From the NCBI RefSeq assembly GCF_032444005.1, contig NC_091288.1:203546001-203610000 (forward strand): a stretch of DNA of 64,000 bases, in the 5' to 3' direction. This DNA is from Ranitomeya imitator. Its lineage: Eukaryota. Each line of letters starts with the position of its first letter. The first letter of the stretch is position 1. The notes beneath the pieces are model-generated. The model was not told the origin of the DNA. It ran no database searches and saw only the letters and a list, made by a program, of their open reading frames with translations. Positions 60,547 through 64,000 of this stretch are shown here, one piece after another. Position numbers and translations under genes: made by a program.

Positions 60547-61450
60547 CTGTGTGTGAGAAAAAACAAAAAATATATGTCATATGGACTGTTTCATGGTGAA
60601 AGACGGTCGGTCACATACATAAAATATGAACAGGAAAAAAATCCAGTCGCAGAATGGGATAGCCCATCATTGCACTACCATGATCCTGAGAATGAAGGTG
60701 CTGCAGTGCCAGTAACGCTCCTGAAAGCAGCCTCCTACCTCCTGGCATCCGTGGCTCATCTTTTGGTTAGCCGGCCTGGCGCAAGGTTGTCTTTGCAGTG
60801 TAACGCACATGTGACATCGCGTCAGGATGACTAATCAAAAGAGAAACTGTGGACTCCAGGAGGCAAGAGTATGTTCTCAGGGCTCCGTCCATCGACCACG
60901 GTATATTGGATTTGGCAAATGGACTGGGTCCTTCAGAATGATTCACACCAATTCTACTCAGAACCTGTAGTTTGGGGATTGGTGTGAGTGAAGGTATTAC
61001 TTAGTAAATGGCAAGTGCCTTTGTATGATACAGAGACTTCATTGTAGAGCAATATTATAATACCGGTTTTTACGTACCGGTAATAGGATTTTACGGAGCC
61101 ACGACAGCACCCCTACGAGAGAGGGGATCCGCCCACCTTCCGGACAGGAACCTACAGGATTTAAAGGGGCGGTCCCCCTCACCACTCCAGTTTGTGTTTC
61201 AGAGTATAAGGGACACCGCCATTGAGTTAGTACATAAACATATATACTTAAACATTACTAAATACCATCACCTTCTAAAGAGTGATTTTTAATAAGCACA
61301 CTTTCCCCAAAGGGTGCAGAAACCAGTGAATAACTACGGGGGGGAATGTGCGGGTGCTGTCGTGGCTCCGTAAAATCCTATTACCGGTACGTAAAAAACG
61401 GTTTTCCTATCGCCACGACAGCACCCCTACGAGAGATTTTCAAAGATCAA

Positions 61451-63316
61451 TCACCTGGGAGGGACTACAGCACTAAGTACTGTATGGCCAAAAACTAAAT
61501 TGGCCTCTGAAGATAAATCAAGACGATAATGTCTATAAAAGGTGGAAGGAGATGACCACGTTGCCGCCTTACATATTACGTCTATGGAGACGTCCGCTCT
61601 TTCCGTCCAGGATGAGGCCATGGCTCGAGTGGAGTGGGCCCTGATGCCATCTGGTGGTGTCTGGCCTTTAGCAGTATAAGCAAGATATATGGCATCTCTT
61701 ATCCATCTGGCGATAGACGCTTTAGTTACACTCGCCCCTTTCCTTGGATTCTGAAAGGAAATAAACAGAGCCCTACTCTGCCTCCATGGTTCTGTTTTGT
61801 GTAGGTACTCTAATAGAGTTCTTCTGACATCTAACTTGTGATATTTCTGCTCGTCAGCTGAATTCGGATTGTTACAGAAAGATGGTAAAATTATTTCTTG
61901 ACTTCTATGAAATTTGGAAGCTACTTTTGGTAGGTATGCTGGATCAGGTTTTAACACTACCCTGTCCTGAAAGACCATTAAATAAGGAGGGTCTATCGAC
62001 AAAGCTTGTAAGTCACTCACTCTCCTAGCAGAGGTTAGGGCTACTAGGAAGGCTGTTTTTAAGGTTAAATTTTTAATGGAGACAGAATCTATTGGCTCAA
62101 AGGGGGCTTCTGTTAAGGCGTCTAAAACCAAATTTAGATCCCATGGTGGTAATCTAGGAATATATACTGGGTTACTACGTTCAGTGGCCCTGATAAATCG
62201 GGAAACCCATCTATTTCCCGCCACATCACTGTTATATAACGCTCCCAAAGCTGATACTTGGACTCTAAGGGTATTTACCGCCAAGCCCAATTCTCGGCCC
62301 CTCTGTAAAAACTCCAGAATAGCCGGAATTGGGACCTTGCCAGAAAAGGGATTTTGGTAGAAGGCAAGGAACTTTTTCCAAGTTTTAGCATAGATTTTAG
62401 TGGTAACTTCTTTCCGGCTATTTAAAAGGGTAGATATGAGAGCTTCTGAAAACCCTCTTCTCCTCAATAACTCCCTCTCAAATTCCACGCCGTCAGATGC
62501 AGGGATTTCACATTGGGGTAACGGAATGGACCCTGAGAAAGAAGCTCCGGGCTGGTCGGCAGTACCCAGGGGTCGGACACAGACATTGCCCTGAGTAACG
62601 AGAACCATGCCCTCCTGGGCCAAAAGGGGGCAATCAGGATCACTCTCGCCCTGTCCTCCCTGATCTTCCTGAGGACTAACGGGATCAGACACATTGGAGG
62701 GAACGCGTAAGCTAGAGGAAAATTCCAGTGTATTTGAAGGGAGTCTATTATACAGGGCTTGTCCGCCACCCGAAGAGAAGCGAACTTCCTGGTCTGCCTG
62801 TTCTCTCTCGTTGCGAATAGATCGATAACGGGCAATCCCCACAGGTCCACTATCTGTCTGAACACCCGTCGATCTAGAACCCATTCTCCCTGACGTAGAG
62901 AATGACGGCTGAGGTAATCTGCCTCTGTGTTGAGCTCTCCCCGAATGTGCACAGCTGATAGAGAGCGAAAGTGGGCTTCGGCTATTTCGAGTATGTCTGT
63001 GGCGGTGTTCATTAGGGATCTTGACCTTGTACCCCCTTGATGGTTGAGATACGCCACTACTGTTGTGTTGTCTGTCTGGACTCTTACATGTGAATCCTGC
63101 AGAGATGGAAGCAACCTGAGTAAGGCCTTCTTCACTGCCGTGAGCTCTTTCCAGTTTGAGGACTCTTGAGCCTCTAAGAGAGACCATTGCCCTTGAGTCC
63201 AGACATCTCCTATGTGAGCTCCCCAACCTATCGGACTGGCATCGGTTGTGACCGTGTTGTCTGGTACTACACTCCAGCGTACTCCTTTCCCTAAATGTCT
63301 TCTGTTTAACCACCAT
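61451..63316 (-). CDS. DIRS tyrosine recombinase, open frame
   Basis: TSARRVSD, RAHSTR and TFYRHY motifs in one 621-codon frame. Confidence 0.9.
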   Translation of the reverse strand: MVVKQKTFRERSTLECSTRQHGHNRCQSDRLGSSHRRCLDSRAMVSLRGSRVLKLERAHGSEEGLTQVASISAGFTCKSPDRQHNSSGVSQPSRGYKVKIPNEHRHRHTRNSRSPLSLSISCAHSGRAQHRGRLPQPSFSTSGRMGSRSTGVQTDSGPVGIARYRSIRNEREQADQEVRFSSGGGQALYNRLPSNTLEFSSSLRVPSNVSDPVSPQEDQGGQGESDPDCPLLAQEGMVLVTQGNVCVRPLGTADQPGASFSGSIPLPQCEIPASDGVEFERELLRRRGFSEALISTLLNSRKEVTTKIYAKTWKKFLAFYQNPFSGKVPIPAILEFLQRGRELGLAVNTLRVQVSALGALYNSDVAGNRWVSRFIRATERSNPVYIPRLPPWDLNLVLDALTEAPFEPIDSVSIKNLTLKTAFLVALTSARRVSDLQALSIDPPYLMVFQDRVVLKPDPAYLPKVASKFHRSQEIILPSFCNNPNSADEQKYHKLDVRRTLLEYLHKTEPWRQSRALFISFQNPRKGASVTKASIARWIRDAIYLAYTAKGQTPPDGIRAHSTRAMASSWTERADVSIDVICKAATWSSPSTFYRHYRLDLSSEANLVFGHTVLSAVVPPR

Positions 63317-63999
63317 CTCAGACTGTGTAGAGTGGTGGTGGAGAGCCTGAGTCTTCCGCCTAATTGCCCTTGAAGACTTCTCTCTGTATCCAAGACTTGG
63401 GCCTGTAACACTCGAGTGTGGAATTCAGCCCACTGGACGGCTGGTATGCAGGACGTTAGAGATCCCAGAAGGGACATAGCGTCTCTTAAAGTCAGATCTG
63501 GCTTCCTTGTTACCGTACTGATTACAACCCTCTGCTTTTTCTCCTCCGGAAGGAAACATTGTTGCACTTCCGAATCCAGCAGAATACCTAGGAAAGTCTG
63601 AGTTGTTGATGGGTCGAGTCTTGACTTCTCCATATTGACTATCCAACCCAAGTCCTGTAAGGAAGATATGACATGATTTAGGCGAGTACTACACTGGCCA
63701 AAGGAATTTCCTACTACCAGGAAGTCATCCAAGTAGGGTATAATTAACGTATCCTGTTCCCTGACATAGGCCATTACTTCTGCCATGACTTTAGTAAACA
63801 CCCTTGGTGCCATAGATAGACCAAAGGGCATTGCAGCAAACTGAAAGTGTCTGACCTGGTCGTTTAAGCGCACCGCCATTCTGAGGAATTGTTGATGATC
63901 CAGGTGAATGGGCAGATGGTAATACGCATCTTTTAAATCCAGGCCTGTCATATAACATCTGGGAAAGAGAAGATTAGTTGCCGTTTTAATAGATTCCAT
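62464..63999 (-). CDS. DIRS RT / RNase H / methyltransferase, 5'-partial, open frame
   Basis: DLKDAYYH, MPFGL, YLDD, TTDAS, ADYLSR, DLFA and YAFPP motifs. Confidence 0.92.
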   Translation of the reverse strand: MESIKTATNLLFPRCYMTGLDLKDAYYHLPIHLDHQQFLRMAVRLNDQVRHFQFAAMPFGLSMAPRVFTKVMAEVMAYVREQDTLIIPYLDDFLVVGNSFGQCSTRLNHVISSLQDLGWIVNMEKSRLDPSTTQTFLGILLDSEVQQCFLPEEKKQRVVISTVTRKPDLTLRDAMSLLGSLTSCIPAVQWAEFHTRVLQAQVLDTERSLQGQLGGRLRLSTTTLHSLRWWLNRRHLGKGVRWSVVPDNTVTTDASPIGWGAHIGDVWTQGQWSLLEAQESSNWKELTAVKKALLRLLPSLQDSHVRVQTDNTTVVAYLNHQGGTRSRSLMNTATDILEIAEAHFRSLSAVHIRGELNTEADYLSRHSLRQGEWVLDRRVFRQIVDLWGLPVIDLFATRENRQTRKFASLRVADKPCIIDSLQIHWNFPLAYAFPPMCLIPLVLRKIREDRARVILIAPFWPRRAWFSLLRAMSVSDPWVLPTSPELLSQGPFRYPNVKSLHLTAWNLRGSY

Positions 64000-64000
64000 C

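Larger units (their letters stand above)
61060..64000 (-). mobile_element. Second DIRS1-type retrotransposon, 3' part (continues past window edge)
   Basis: Right ITR and extension at about 61060-61192, ICR at 61352-61436, overlapping pol and YR ORFs. Confidence 0.95.

Overview
Vertebrate genomic DNA. The repeat landscape and gene set suggest an anuran amphibian (inference). Four host genes were reconstructed by hand from splice sites and reading frames: NAA60 (-, complete, 242 aa, with a U12 AT-AC intron), INTS15/C7orf26 (-, complete, 484 aa, with an expanded PAHAAL repeat), a DNase I-family gene (+, complete, 280 aa, atypical cysteines, no amphibian C-terminal Cys-rich tail) and the last exon of ECI1 (-). 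The rest is repeat-rich: two DIRS-type tyrosine-recombinase retrotransposons (one complete with ITRs and ICR, one cut by the window edge), two Tc1 elements (one DD35-spaced), a mariner foldback, many MITEs, a tRNA-SINE, several minisatellites and four hammerhead-ribozyme-like motifs. The most notable signals are in the complete DIRS. Its gag needs at least two spliceosomal introns to join a CxxC-CxxC exon, and gag and pol share one frame separated only by UGA-CUAG, the canonical stop-readthrough context. All homology calls rest on remembered family motifs; no searches were run.
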